DNA of 64,000 nucleotides from Candidatus Babeliales bacterium (GCA_963722255.1 CAVRJO010000001.1:5398-69397), one strand, 5' to 3'. Positions 19,225 to 29,303 are shown, counted from the first letter of the stretch. Notes: generated by a model from the sequence alone, not told the origin. Program-made: numbers and translations.

Positions 19225-20370
19225 TTAATCATTTTTTGGAACTTGATAATAGTTTTTTTCAATCTTTTGTGCAATATCAGGATTAAAACCAATAGTTTGT
19301 AAGAAATCTATTGCATCCATGCCTGCTTTACTGCCGTTACCGGCAGCGGTTGCACTTTTTTGATAGCGACAATCTTCTACGGTACCTGCTGCAAAAATAC
19401 CTTTTACAGAAGTTGACTGGCTATTATTAAATAGTTTTATATAACCATCTTTATCGATTTCAAGCTGACCTTTAAAAAGATCGGAACGCGGAACAAAACC
19501 AAGGGCAAAATAAACCGATTGAACAGGAAGTACAGATGTTTTATTCATTTTTGTATCAAAGATTTCAACACCTTCAACACGCTCTTTACCAACTATTTTT
19601 TTAACTTCAATATTGTAAAGCGTCGAAATATTTTTTGCGCTTTTTAGATAATCTTGCACAATAGCTGCTGCACGCATTGATGGCCCACGTACAAGTAAGG
19701 TAACTTTTTTTGCATAAGCTGAAAGCTGTAATGCTCTATCGGCTGCTGCATCACCTCCACCAATTATGGCAACCTCTTTATCTTGATCAAAAGGTGCGTC
19801 ACAAATAGAACAAACTCCAATTCCCTTCCCCCAAAACTCTTTTACTCCAGGGATATCAAGCGTTCTTTGCGAACCGCCACATGCAATTATAATCGTTAAT
19901 GCATTAAGAACATCACCATTTTCCAGTGTTATTTTAAATGGCCAAATTGAGGTATCTACTAAAATAACTTTAGTTTCAAGGAGCTGCGCCCCAAATTTTT
20001 GCGATTGAGCTTTAGAATCATTCATAAGTGCGAGGCCAGGCATTTTGGGTCTTGAAGGAAAATTTTCAACATAACTTGCTTCTGTTAATTGACCACCGAC
20101 TTCATCTCCTGTTATTACTAGAGTTACCAATTTAGCTCGTGAAGTATACATAGATGCTGTTAAACCCGCAGGACCGGAACCTATAACAACAATCGGTTTG
20201 ATATTTTTTAAGGAATTAAGCTTAGAAAGATCAAACTGCTTATTTTCACTTATATTTTTTTCATCTTGAGATTTTTCCAAAGCCATCTGACTATAACAAA
20301 TAGTTTTAAAACCCATACATATAGTTAGAACTACTATAAGAATTCTATTCTTACCATCTAAACTTTTCAT
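19225..20370 (-). CDS. Thioredoxin-reductase-like flavoprotein paralog with an N-terminal signal or anchor
   Basis: VVIGSGPAGLTAS (FAD GxGxxG), CSICD redox pair, IIGGGDAAADRALQLS (NAD(P)H site), GIFAAGTVED. The start at 20370 is preceded by AGGAGG. Confidence 0.75.
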   Translation of the reverse strand: MKSLDGKNRILIVVLTICMGFKTICYSQMALEKSQDEKNISENKQFDLSKLNSLKNIKPIVVIGSGPAGLTASMYTSRAKLVTLVITGDEVGGQLTEASYVENFPSRPKMPGLALMNDSKAQSQKFGAQLLETKVILVDTSIWPFKITLENGDVLNALTIIIACGGSQRTLDIPGVKEFWGKGIGVCSICDAPFDQDKEVAIIGGGDAAADRALQLSAYAKKVTLLVRGPSMRAAAIVQDYLKSAKNISTLYNIEVKKIVGKERVEGVEIFDTKMNKTSVLPVQSVYFALGFVPRSDLFKGQLEIDKDGYIKLFNNSQSTSVKGIFAAGTVEDCRYQKSATAAGNGSKAGMDAIDFLQTIGFNPDIAQKIEKNYYQVPKND

Positions 20371-20481
20371 GCTGCCTCCTGCATTAACTATTTTGCACGT
20401 ATAAAAAAAGCTAGTACTCCTAGTTTTATAGTTTAGCAAAATTTTAATACAAATGGCAATAATATGCCATTTTCAAGAAGC

Positions 20482-20516
20482 AAGGCGCTCTCATGCATTA
20501 ATCACGAGAGCGCCTT
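20482..20516 (-). terminator. Hairpin downstream of the TrxR-Trx fusion gene
   Basis: AAGGCGCTCTC ... GAGAGCGCCTT, an 11-bp stem with a 13-nt loop. The T-tract is weak, so termination is uncertain. Confidence 0.35.
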
Positions 20517-20535
20517 ATACTTTTAGAACAGATTA

Positions 20536-21981
20536 TTATAAAGCCTGTTGAATAAACTCCATCAATTCACCTTCGGGCAATGCCCCGATAACTTGATCAA
20601 GTAACGTACCATTTTTAAAAAGCATCAATGTAGGAATTGAAGAAATTTTATAACGTTGAGCAAGTTCAGGAGCATCGTCAACATTAATTTTACTACAAAT
20701 AACCTTATCACTCAATTGTTGTGCCACAGATTCATATGCCGGCAAAAGATATTTACAGCTTGGGCAAAATGTTGCATAAAAATCTACAACTACAATCGAC
20801 TGCCGACTAATGAGTTCATCAAATTCTTGAGATGAGTTCAGATCAAGAAGAGCAGTTTTTTTAACCACTTTAGGAGCCTTTGAATTGAAATAATGAGATT
20901 CCAATTTTTTTGCAACGGTAGCATTGAATCCATGCATTTGTAAGAAATTAAGCGCATCTAATCCGGCTCTAATACCACTGCCGGCTGCAACTCCTGCTTG
21001 ACGATATGTTTTATCTTCAACATCACCTGCTGCAAAAATACCAGGCATAGTTGTTTCTTGAGTTTTTCCTTTGGTAATTATATAACCATCATTATCAACT
21101 GACACCAAATCTTTAACAAGTGAAGAATTTGGAGTATGTCCAATTGCCAAAAAGACTCCAGTTACTTCTTTAGTTGTCACGGTATTTGTTTTATTATTAT
21201 AGATTTCAACTGACGAAACACCATCGTTCTCATTACCATGAATAGCTTTAATTTCAGAGTTATAAAGAACATTGATAGTATCAACAACCTTTAAACGGTC
21301 TTGCATCGAAGGAGCTGCGCGCATAGAATCTTTTCTTACAACAATAGTAACTGTTTTTGCATATGCTGAAAGTTGTAATGCTTCTTCAACTGCTGAATCC
21401 CCACCACCTATAACTACCACATCTTTACCTTTATGAAAAGGTGCGTCGCAAATAGCACACGTTGTTACCCCATGCCCCCACCATTGTTCCTCTCCAGGTA
21501 CACCCAATTTTGTTGGCACTGCACCGGTCGCTACAACAATTGTTAATGCATGAATGGTAAGTCCACCTTCAGTTTTTACCTCAAATATTCCATCAGAAAC
21601 AGTAATGCTCTTGACTGAATCATATAAAATCTCAGCACCGAAATGCTCACTTTGTTTTTGTAATTTTTGTATAATATCAGGCCCTAACTGATCAAGAAGA
21701 GCAGGGAAATTCTCAACTTTTGTAGTCGTGCTCAGTTGCCCGCCCGGCTGCCCTGCAATAACAACCGTTTTTAGGCCTCCTCTTGCAGCGTAAACAGCTG
21801 CAGGATATCCTGCACAACCAGAACCAATAACAAGAATTGCCACGATATTATCTTTTTTTTCAAGCCGCTGCAGATCAAAGGCATATGCCTGTTTTTTCAT
21901 AAAAAATAATGAAGCAATGCCACCCATTGCTACGATTGAACCACACATTAAAATAAATTTAAATAACTTTTGCATCATCAT
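20536..21981 (-). CDS. trxB: Thioredoxin reductase fused to a C-terminal thioredoxin domain, with an N-terminal hydrophobic segment
   Basis: VIGSGCAGYPAA, CAICDAPF, VIGGGDSAVEEALQLS and GIFAAGDVED indicate TrxR. The C-terminal VVVDFYATFCPSCKYL ... IPTLMLFKNG indicates Trx with a CPSC active site. Confidence 0.85.
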   Translation of the reverse strand: MMMQKLFKFILMCGSIVAMGGIASLFFMKKQAYAFDLQRLEKKDNIVAILVIGSGCAGYPAAVYAARGGLKTVVIAGQPGGQLSTTTKVENFPALLDQLGPDIIQKLQKQSEHFGAEILYDSVKSITVSDGIFEVKTEGGLTIHALTIVVATGAVPTKLGVPGEEQWWGHGVTTCAICDAPFHKGKDVVVIGGGDSAVEEALQLSAYAKTVTIVVRKDSMRAAPSMQDRLKVVDTINVLYNSEIKAIHGNENDGVSSVEIYNNKTNTVTTKEVTGVFLAIGHTPNSSLVKDLVSVDNDGYIITKGKTQETTMPGIFAAGDVEDKTYRQAGVAAGSGIRAGLDALNFLQMHGFNATVAKKLESHYFNSKAPKVVKKTALLDLNSSQEFDELISRQSIVVVDFYATFCPSCKYLLPAYESVAQQLSDKVICSKINVDDAPELAQRYKISSIPTLMLFKNGTLLDQVIGALPEGELMEFIQQAL

Positions 21982-22090
21982 ATTCCTCAGGTAATAAACA
22001 GATTAAAAACTTCAATTGACAAAATAGATAAAAAAATCATACTGTTAGCGTCTTTACAGTATAAACTAAAATTGCAGAAAGGTAAAAAGC

Positions 22091-22816
22091 ATGCAAAAAT
22101 CGAATAATACAAAATATCTCTTAGTGGCAGCATTGTTTGTATTTGCTTCAACAAAAAAGGTGTATGCAGAATCAGAAAATGTCGACGAAAACAGCTTAAT
22201 CTTACCGACAGAAGAGCAGCTGTTACAAGAATCTTCAAATCTTATCAGGCAAGAAGAACTCTTAAAAGAACTTTTAAGTTTGCCAAATCAGGAAGAACAG
22301 AATCAACAGCAAGAAGATAACCCCGTAGAACAAACTAGTAGTCCATCAGATATAATAGTCCCTGAAGATCTTGATATTCCTGCTTCAGTAGATTCTTTGA
22401 CTCAGGAAGAACAAGGACAGCTTTTTACTAATCTTGTCAATTCTTTAAGCCCTGAGGAGCAAGAACAGTTTATTGAACTTCTTGAAGAAGCTGCTCAGAT
22501 TACCGAAAATAGTCAGGACAAAGAAGAGCAAGCTGAACAAGTAAAAACTCTTTTTGAAAAATTTAATGCATCACGCTGCTTAGGCTTTTGTATAAAAGTT
22601 GCATTGGCTATGCTTTGCTGGGAAATTGTACAACCTCATAACCTTGTTGACGAAAATCCTTGGTTACCTAAATCCTGCCCAGAAATTTTTAAAATTTTAA
22701 TCGGAGTTCTTTTGGTTGATGATATTAAAGACTTTATAAAAGAGTTTAAAAAATCTACCGAAACAGAATGTCGAATGCTCTACAAGACATTCTTCCCTGT
22801 TCAAGAAAATAGATAA
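22091..22816 (+). CDS. Acidic E/Q-rich secreted hypothetical protein with a C-terminal hydrophobic region
   Basis: Signal-like leader, low-complexity EEQ repeats and a C-terminal Cys/Trp-containing hydrophobic part. Confidence 0.45.
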   Translation: MQKSNNTKYLLVAALFVFASTKKVYAESENVDENSLILPTEEQLLQESSNLIRQEELLKELLSLPNQEEQNQQQEDNPVEQTSSPSDIIVPEDLDIPASVDSLTQEEQGQLFTNLVNSLSPEEQEQFIELLEEAAQITENSQDKEEQAEQVKTLFEKFNASRCLGFCIKVALAMLCWEIVQPHNLVDENPWLPKSCPEIFKILIGVLLVDDIKDFIKEFKKSTETECRMLYKTFFPVQENR

Positions 22817-22827
22817 AATAAATAAAA

Positions 22828-22854
22828 ACCCAGGTATTGGATACCTGGGTTTTT
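22828..22854 (+). terminator. Rho-independent terminator
   Basis: ACCCAGGTAT-TGG-ATACCTGGGT followed by TTTT. Confidence 0.8.
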
Positions 22855-23011
22855 AGTAAGGTGTTAAAAATAAATTACAAATATAAATTATATACAAAAG
22901 TTCCCCTAAGGAGTCGCGGCCATTTTTTTGGTCCATTTGACACATTTTGGTTTAAACTTTATTATTGAAAATATGAAAATTAGAATTATCAAATAAAAAG
23001 GATGCATATCT

Positions 23012-25957
23012 ATGCTTTTGCAATTCATTAAAACAAAATATTCCTCTATCATATTTCTCATAGCATTAGCCATATCTTCTTCAAGTTTTATATTGGCAGA
23101 TTCTGATGTCAATTTGAATGAACCTGATGAAATTATTCAGGCAAAGCCTGTAACTATAGAACAAGCAGAAACTAATGATGATGTTGTAATTGATGAGGAT
23201 GAATTTGCAAATTTGCCTGTGGTAACTTCTCAGGAAAAACCTCAAACTGATGATAAAGTTGATACTAGTAGTACAGCTAATACCGATTCAGTATCAGATA
23301 CTCAAGCAGTAGATCCTCTTGATAAAAAAAAGGCAGAGCAACTCTTAAAAAAAATAATGGTAAGTTTTGAAAAAATAAGTTTTTCACTTGAATCTATTGC
23401 TCTTGTTCTTAACCATAATCAGCTAAGAATTAAAACTAAAGAACCAATGGTCGAAGAGATCATGAAATTACGCTCATTAACACATATGGTTATTAATAGC
23501 GCAATTACCGAAATCAGCACTGAAAAAATTGCTCATCTCATTACTTTGTCGCAACAACTCATTGATCATATACGCTATCTTTTAACAACCGATCTTATTA
23601 CATTCATACCTTTTGATAAAAAAATGCAGCCACCTACACGCTCTGCAGTAGAAAAACCGGCTGCACCACTAACACTTGATCAGCTTGATGCTTCATTGCA
23701 AAAGACTAATGCTATATTGATTAAATTAGAAACTGAATCGGTTAATGTTGGACTTAATACCTTCAATATCCTTTTCAGACGATTAGAAAAGTTAAATGAT
23801 GATTATAAAATTGTTAATAAATGTCTCTGGGGATTGGGTGGAGTAGCTGCATTAGGTGCATTTGCGTTTATTCTTCCTACTCATTATCATCTTAAAATTG
23901 GTAGATTTATTGATAAAACACTTGCATTAATTGGCATAAAGCCTACTGCTAATCCAGATATTGAAACAACTCCAGATGATAATAAAACAGAAAAATCTAC
24001 AGGTATGGCTCTCTTGAGAAATCAAGGCTGGTCATCTGATAATTCTTCACAATCAAGTGAACCTGAGATTCAACAAAAACAACCCACAATAGAAAATAAT
24101 GAAGAATTAGGTTATATTTCTAGTTTGCTTCTTGCATTTAAGTCTTGGGCAGGAGACCCGCTAGTAGAAAAAGTTCCTATGGAAATAATGCAAAAAGATC
24201 TGAAGCAAAACGTTGGGGAACTAACGCAACTCCAAAATCTTTTCACCCGTAAATTAGGAATTATTTCTTTTGCAATTCCACCAATCTCAGTCTTTACCCT
24301 TCTTTCACCTAAATTAAAAGAAGTAGGTGAAGGCTGTTTAGAATGGGCCCAAACAAAACGTTCACAACTTGCAAGCTTCTTACGCGGTGGACCCGTTAAA
24401 AAAGGATTAAAAAGATTTGAACGTGAATCAAAATATACTTTTGATGATGTCATTGGCAATGAACACGCTAAAATGGTATTCTCTCGCCTTGTTGAATATT
24501 TCGTTGACCCAGAATCCTTTGATAGAGGCGGAATGGCACCTGTAAATGCTATACTATTTGTCGGTCCAACCAGAACAGGAAAATCATTCTTTGCCGAAGC
24601 ATTCCATGGTGAAGTTAAACGCGCTTTAGAACTTAGAGGCTCGAAAACTAATTTCGTTTATTTTAGCCTCAGTGCTGCTGAACTTAAACAATATGGCGTC
24701 AAGGGTGTTTTTTGGTGGGCAAAACAAAATGCGCCATGTATCTTATTTATTGATGAAATCGATAAAGGACAATTCCAAGATGATCGCGATTCTCACGCAT
24801 TAAGTGAATTACAAGTTGCCATGAGTGAGCTTAACACTGATATCTCCAAAAAAGTTATTGTTATCGCCGCAACTAATAAACCTGAAAATATGAATGAAAC
24901 TATTCGTGCCGATGGAAGATTTGGAGTAACAATACCCTTCACCTCTCCTACGATGCAAGATCGCCAAGAGTATCTTACACGAGAACTTGCAAAACGTGCC
25001 GCAATTATTGATGAATATTATATAGAACAGCTTGCCTATGAAACTGAAGGCGCTAACTATGATAGCTTAAAAGCCCTGCTTATGACAGCATTCCACAAAG
25101 CAAAGATAAAGGGGATAACTCTTTCTTGGGATGAACTTGAAGAAGCACTCAATGAGCAATTCCACAAGATGATTTTTGATGAAAAAACATTGCCAGAAAA
25201 AGAGCTTCTTTTGGTAGCTGCTCATGAAATTGCTCATGCATTCACACGCATTATATTAAATCCAAGCTTGCAGCTTACAAAAGTTACTATTAGACCAATT
25301 TCTCCAAAAATCGAAGAAGTTTCGGTCATAGGCGAAGCCATCTCCGGTACTAAAAAACCAAAACAAGAGATTCTTAAATATGGTGATATCTTTACTGCAC
25401 ACAAAAGTAATGCGCAAAAATTTGATACCTATCAAGACCTTATAAGCGAACTTAAAATTTGTCTTTCTGGTCACGTTGCTGAAAAGATACTTTTGGGAGG
25501 CACAAGTTTCAGCTATCACGAACATGATACAAAAGAAGCTTTTGAACTTGCAAAACGCATAGCATTCCACGGTATGCAAGAAAATAATATGCCTAAAGCA
25601 ATCAAAGAACAAAAACTTGTTGAAGCATATGAATTAGTTCATAAGTATGAACAGGAAGTCACTGAGCTCCTTACCAAACATAAGGAAGAATTAATAGTTC
25701 TTACCAATATATTGTTTGAACAGAAAACCTTATCATGCGATATGATTATTGGAATTCTAAAAGAACTTAAAAGACAGAACAAGGAAAAAGAAAAAAATGA
25801 TCAAGATCAAGCATCAACGACAGAAGTCAACGATGATCTTGATTCTGCTGTAGAACTGCCAAATGAAGACACTAACGTCGATGCAGTTTTTGCTGAAACA
25901 AATGACTCAGAAGAAGCGACGATTGAGGATTTTGAAGCTATCCCAAGCATCGATTAA
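23012..25957 (+). CDS. Atypical FtsH-like AAA+ metalloprotease with a roughly 450-aa N-terminal extension
   Basis: Walker A GPTRTGKS, Walker B ILFIDEIDK, second region of homology ATNKPENMNETIRADGRFG, zinc motif HEIAHAF, an acidic N- and C-terminus, and two internal hydrophobic helices. Confidence 0.7.
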   Translation: MLLQFIKTKYSSIIFLIALAISSSSFILADSDVNLNEPDEIIQAKPVTIEQAETNDDVVIDEDEFANLPVVTSQEKPQTDDKVDTSSTANTDSVSDTQAVDPLDKKKAEQLLKKIMVSFEKISFSLESIALVLNHNQLRIKTKEPMVEEIMKLRSLTHMVINSAITEISTEKIAHLITLSQQLIDHIRYLLTTDLITFIPFDKKMQPPTRSAVEKPAAPLTLDQLDASLQKTNAILIKLETESVNVGLNTFNILFRRLEKLNDDYKIVNKCLWGLGGVAALGAFAFILPTHYHLKIGRFIDKTLALIGIKPTANPDIETTPDDNKTEKSTGMALLRNQGWSSDNSSQSSEPEIQQKQPTIENNEELGYISSLLLAFKSWAGDPLVEKVPMEIMQKDLKQNVGELTQLQNLFTRKLGIISFAIPPISVFTLLSPKLKEVGEGCLEWAQTKRSQLASFLRGGPVKKGLKRFERESKYTFDDVIGNEHAKMVFSRLVEYFVDPESFDRGGMAPVNAILFVGPTRTGKSFFAEAFHGEVKRALELRGSKTNFVYFSLSAAELKQYGVKGVFWWAKQNAPCILFIDEIDKGQFQDDRDSHALSELQVAMSELNTDISKKVIVIAATNKPENMNETIRADGRFGVTIPFTSPTMQDRQEYLTRELAKRAAIIDEYYIEQLAYETEGANYDSLKALLMTAFHKAKIKGITLSWDELEEALNEQFHKMIFDEKTLPEKELLLVAAHEIAHAFTRIILNPSLQLTKVTIRPISPKIEEVSVIGEAISGTKKPKQEILKYGDIFTAHKSNAQKFDTYQDLISELKICLSGHVAEKILLGGTSFSYHEHDTKEAFELAKRIAFHGMQENNMPKAIKEQKLVEAYELVHKYEQEVTELLTKHKEELIVLTNILFEQKTLSCDMIIGILKELKRQNKEKEKNDQDQASTTEVNDDLDSAVELPNEDTNVDAVFAETNDSEEATIEDFEAIPSID

Positions 25958-25984
25958 TTCAATAAATATCAATTAGATTTAGAA

Positions 25985-26022
25985 AGTGCGAACTTGTGTA
26001 GAGCAAGTTCGCACTTTTTTTT
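25985..26022 (+). terminator. Rho-independent terminator
   Basis: AGTGCGAACTTG-loop-CAAGTTCGCACT followed by T8. Confidence 0.85.
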
Positions 26023-26467
26023 AATGTAATGCATTAATCATTGCTATTCGTTTTTCATAACGATCATGTTTAAATTCTGCATGGAGCCATGCTAAAATAA
26101 TGCGCAATGCCTCATCATTACTCACATAATCAGCAGGCAATACCAAAACATTAACGTTATCATCTTGTTTACTCAACCGCGCAATTTCTTCATTCCAAGC
26201 AACGCCAGCAAAAATTTTAGGAAATCTATTCGCGGTTATTGCCATACCAATACCGGTACCACATAATAAAATTGCATACTCAGCGTTTCTATCTAAAAGT
26301 TCGTGAACAGCAGCGGATGCAAATTCAGGATAATCCGAACGTTCATCATTATGTGCTCCTACATCAAACCATTCAATTATATAAAGATCGCTCCTGAAAG
26401 ATTTTTTTATATACTCTTTAAGATGATAACCTCGATGATCCGTGCCAAGAACGATTGATATCTTTTT
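26021..26467 (-). CDS. rpiB: Ribose-5-phosphate isomerase B (RpiB/LacAB family); no canonical in-frame start codon
   Basis: My translation upstream of the tracked 74-aa ORF gives KKISIVLGTDHRGYHLKEYIKK...AILLCGTGIGMAITANRF...NVLVLPADYV. The frame opens right after a TGA at 26468..26470. The GTG at 26471 is one nt out of frame. Confidence 0.8.
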   Translation of the reverse strand, partial: KKISIVLGTDHRGYHLKEYIKKSFRSDLYIIEWFDVGAHNDERSDYPEFASAAVHELLDRNAEYAILLCGTGIGMAITANRFPKIFAGVAWNEEIARLSKQDDNVNVLVLPADYVSNDEALRIILAWLHAEFKHDRYEKRIAMINALH

Positions 26468-26480
26468 TCACAATCAATCC

Positions 26481-27191
26481 TTAAAAGATATTTGTATTGA
26501 TATCGTATGCAAGGTTATCTTGATCAAGTGAGTTCGATATAATAACACGACCTTCACTGTCAAGACACCATATCATATTTGTTTCATGCCCAACACGTCT
26601 AAACACAAGTTCAACTTCTCGTGTAAGCGGCCCAATAACAAGATTGTTGTTGCTATCATATGCATCAAATTGCAGCAAATAAGGCTTTTTAAATATATTC
26701 CAGCGTTTACCAAAGAAATAACGGTATTCATGTGGTAATTCAACTAATCGAATTTTTGCTGGGTTATAATAAGTATTACCTATCTTTAACTGAACAACCC
26801 ACAAAGGATTCACATCGGTAAGCATTATACCACTTGGACCATAAATGGTAGCAAGCAGATAGAATGATACGTAGGGTTTATTTTCGTCTATCTGCTTTTC
26901 GAGAAATTTATGATAGTGCTCATCGTTAAAACCATATTTGGCAGCATGAGCGCATACATATGCATCAACAACATCCTCATGTAGCCACAATGCATCAAAA
27001 AGCGCAAGCGTGGTAAATTGATCATAAACTCGTGCTGCTTTTATATAGGGTTTTGCTAAACTAATACAAGTTTCAATTTTATCAGCTTGATCAACAATAG
27101 TTGAAGCCCAATTAATATAGCGATAACATCCTGAAAAGAGTGTTAAGGAAAATACAAAGAAAGAAAAAATATATACGGTTTGCTTCATCAA
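26481..27191 (-). CDS. Hypothetical lipoprotein
   Basis: The N-terminal leader ends in the lipobox-like LFSGC. I recognise no family. Confidence 0.45.
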   Translation of the reverse strand: MMKQTVYIFSFFVFSLTLFSGCYRYINWASTIVDQADKIETCISLAKPYIKAARVYDQFTTLALFDALWLHEDVVDAYVCAHAAKYGFNDEHYHKFLEKQIDENKPYVSFYLLATIYGPSGIMLTDVNPLWVVQLKIGNTYYNPAKIRLVELPHEYRYFFGKRWNIFKKPYLLQFDAYDSNNNLVIGPLTREVELVFRRVGHETNMIWCLDSEGRVIISNSLDQDNLAYDINTNIF

Positions 27192-27278
27192 AGCCTCTTT
27201 ATTTTTCTAATCAAACAAAGGATACTAGTAGCCTAAATAAAACAAAATGATTTTACAAGGCCCTAAGGAATAAAAAAT

Positions 27279-28511
27279 ATGAAAAATTTTTCTTTCTATC
27301 TTGCTATGCGTTATTTACGCGGAACTCAACGTGAAAAATCTATTGCGACAATGGTCAAAATATCGCTCCTTAGCATTATCATAAGTACCATGTGTTTAGC
27401 ACTTGTTGCGATCATCATGCGCGGTTTTGAAAAAGAAACATTTAAAGCAATACAAGGATGCCATGCGCCTTTATGCATGCAATCATATGGCAATCAACTT
27501 GCTTTTGAAACAATTGAAAAAGTTTTGAAAAAAGAGTTTCCTCATGTTTATTACAGCCCTTCTGATATGCGCTATGGTATGCTTGAAGATCAGAGTGGAA
27601 CTCTTTCTCATCTTGTGGCTCTAAAAGGTGTAGATCCACTTTTAGAGACAAAAACAACCTCATTAGAAAAAAAAATTCTACCGCACCATAACAAAAAAAT
27701 ATCAATGGTTGCAGCACTTGAAAAAAACTCTGTACTTATTGGTTATCAGCTTGCACGTATGCTTAAACTTCATGTTGGCCAAACATTGACACTTTACTAT
27801 GTGCCTGAACAAGAAACGGGAAAGCGAATGCTTTCTCTTTCAAAAGCAGAATTAATCGTGGGCGGTATTTTTAAAACAGGCATTGAAGAGTTCGATGCAA
27901 ATTTACTACTATGCTCCCTTACAACGCTTCAGAGCCTTTTTCCAGAAAGTGGCATTTCATCAATCAGTATTGCACCACAATTGAGCACGACACAAATAGA
28001 TCAACTTCAGCAGCAATTAGCACAACGATTTGAACTACCCATATACTCTTGGAAAGAACGGTATCCAGCTTTGATTGCAGCACTTAAACTTGAGACATAT
28101 GCAAGCTTTATTATTTTATGTCTCATTGTTTTGATTGCAAGTATGAGCATTCTTTCATTACTTTTTATGCAGATTACGCAAAAACGCGGTGACATTGCAA
28201 TCTTAAAAACCATGGGCGCTTCATCAGCAATGATAAAAAAAATATTTATTTCTATGGGCCTTGCTATTGCATTTTTTGGAGCATTAGTAGGCCTACTTTT
28301 AGCATTTATCATCGCAGTAATTTTGCATTCATACATTCGTATAGAGCTCCCCGATGCCTACTATGTAACACAACTGCCAATTGCACTTGAGCCATCTATT
28401 TTTGTTCTCGTATTTTGTATTGTTATGCTTATCAGCTTCATCGCAACATGGCTTCCAACGCGTAGTATCAATGATATACAAATTGCCAACGTGTTACGAT
28501 TTGAAGCATAA
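27279..28511 (+). CDS. LolC/LolE-family lipoprotein-releasing ABC transporter permease (FtsX/MacB-type)
   Basis: The N-terminus FYLAMRYLRGTQREKSIATMVKISLLSI is followed by a large periplasmic loop and a C-terminal FtsX-like 3-TM bundle (GDIAILKTMGAS). Confidence 0.8.
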   Translation: MKNFSFYLAMRYLRGTQREKSIATMVKISLLSIIISTMCLALVAIIMRGFEKETFKAIQGCHAPLCMQSYGNQLAFETIEKVLKKEFPHVYYSPSDMRYGMLEDQSGTLSHLVALKGVDPLLETKTTSLEKKILPHHNKKISMVAALEKNSVLIGYQLARMLKLHVGQTLTLYYVPEQETGKRMLSLSKAELIVGGIFKTGIEEFDANLLLCSLTTLQSLFPESGISSISIAPQLSTTQIDQLQQQLAQRFELPIYSWKERYPALIAALKLETYASFIILCLIVLIASMSILSLLFMQITQKRGDIAILKTMGASSAMIKKIFISMGLAIAFFGALVGLLLAFIIAVILHSYIRIELPDAYYVTQLPIALEPSIFVLVFCIVMLISFIATWLPTRSINDIQIANVLRFEA

Positions 28512-28646
28512 CGCTCTTTTCATTCTATATGAAAAACTGAGCTCTTATTTTTTTTAAAAATGCACACAAAATAATTTACATTTATTGGATACTGCTTTAT
28601 CTTGTAGTAGGTATTTTTCTACAACACATTTTTCATAAAGGAAATT

Positions 28647-29303
28647 ATGAATAAACGTTTTTTACTTTTTATATTTGCTGCTTGTTTGTTGAGTAATACA
28701 CAAAGCAGAGCAATGGAAAATAATACTGCAGGGAAACTCATTGGGACTTTCCTCGTTGGTGGTGCTATTGTAGGTTCAACAGAATGGCTTTCAAAAAATC
28801 CATTAGTTAAAAGTTTATGCAAACGAGCAAATCTAGATGCAAATGACGTAAAACGAGTCATCAATCTATCAAGTGCTTGTGTCGCAACAAGTTTTTTTAC
28901 TAATAAAGAAACAAGCGATAGCCTTATTGATTTTGCTTGGAAAGCCCCTTTGATTGGTGCAGTATACACTCTTTCAAACACACAAATTTTAAAAAGTGTT
29001 ATCAGAAACGCTCCATTTGGTTTAGGTGCATATCTTGTTTGCCCAAATCCACATGAGAGTCAAGTTCCTTCATTAAGAGTAGAACTCATCGAGAAAATCG
29101 ATAATGATGAAACAATGGGAGATGAAGAAAAAGCTCGAAAAAAAGCTGAAATTAGAAATAAAATATTCAAAACATGTCATGGCGGATGCGATGAATGCCA
29201 ATGGACAAGCGCTGTTAAAATAGTTGCCGCTTGGACAATGGTTAAGTATGGCGCACCTATTGTTTGGGAATGGACCAAAACAAAGTTGGGATACCAATTA
29301 TAA
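28647..29303 (+). CDS. Hypothetical secreted or membrane protein
   Basis: Signal-like leader and a Cys-containing C-terminal part (CHGGCDEC). No family recognised. Confidence 0.4.
   Translation: MNKRFLLFIFAACLLSNTQSRAMENNTAGKLIGTFLVGGAIVGSTEWLSKNPLVKSLCKRANLDANDVKRVINLSSACVATSFFTNKETSDSLIDFAWKAPLIGAVYTLSNTQILKSVIRNAPFGLGAYLVCPNPHESQVPSLRVELIEKIDNDETMGDEEKARKKAEIRNKIFKTCHGGCDECQWTSAVKIVAAWTMVKYGAPIVWEWTKTKLGYQL

Noticed and set aside
22906-23112. 68-aa minus-strand ORF
   Set aside because: It overlaps the start and leader of the FtsH-like gene on the opposite strand and has no features.
28619-28981. 120-aa minus-strand ORF overlapping 28647..29303
   Set aside because: The plus-strand ORF has a plausible leader and an RBS-distance start. 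The minus ORF is antisense with no features. Either call is weak, so I kept the longer plus-strand one.
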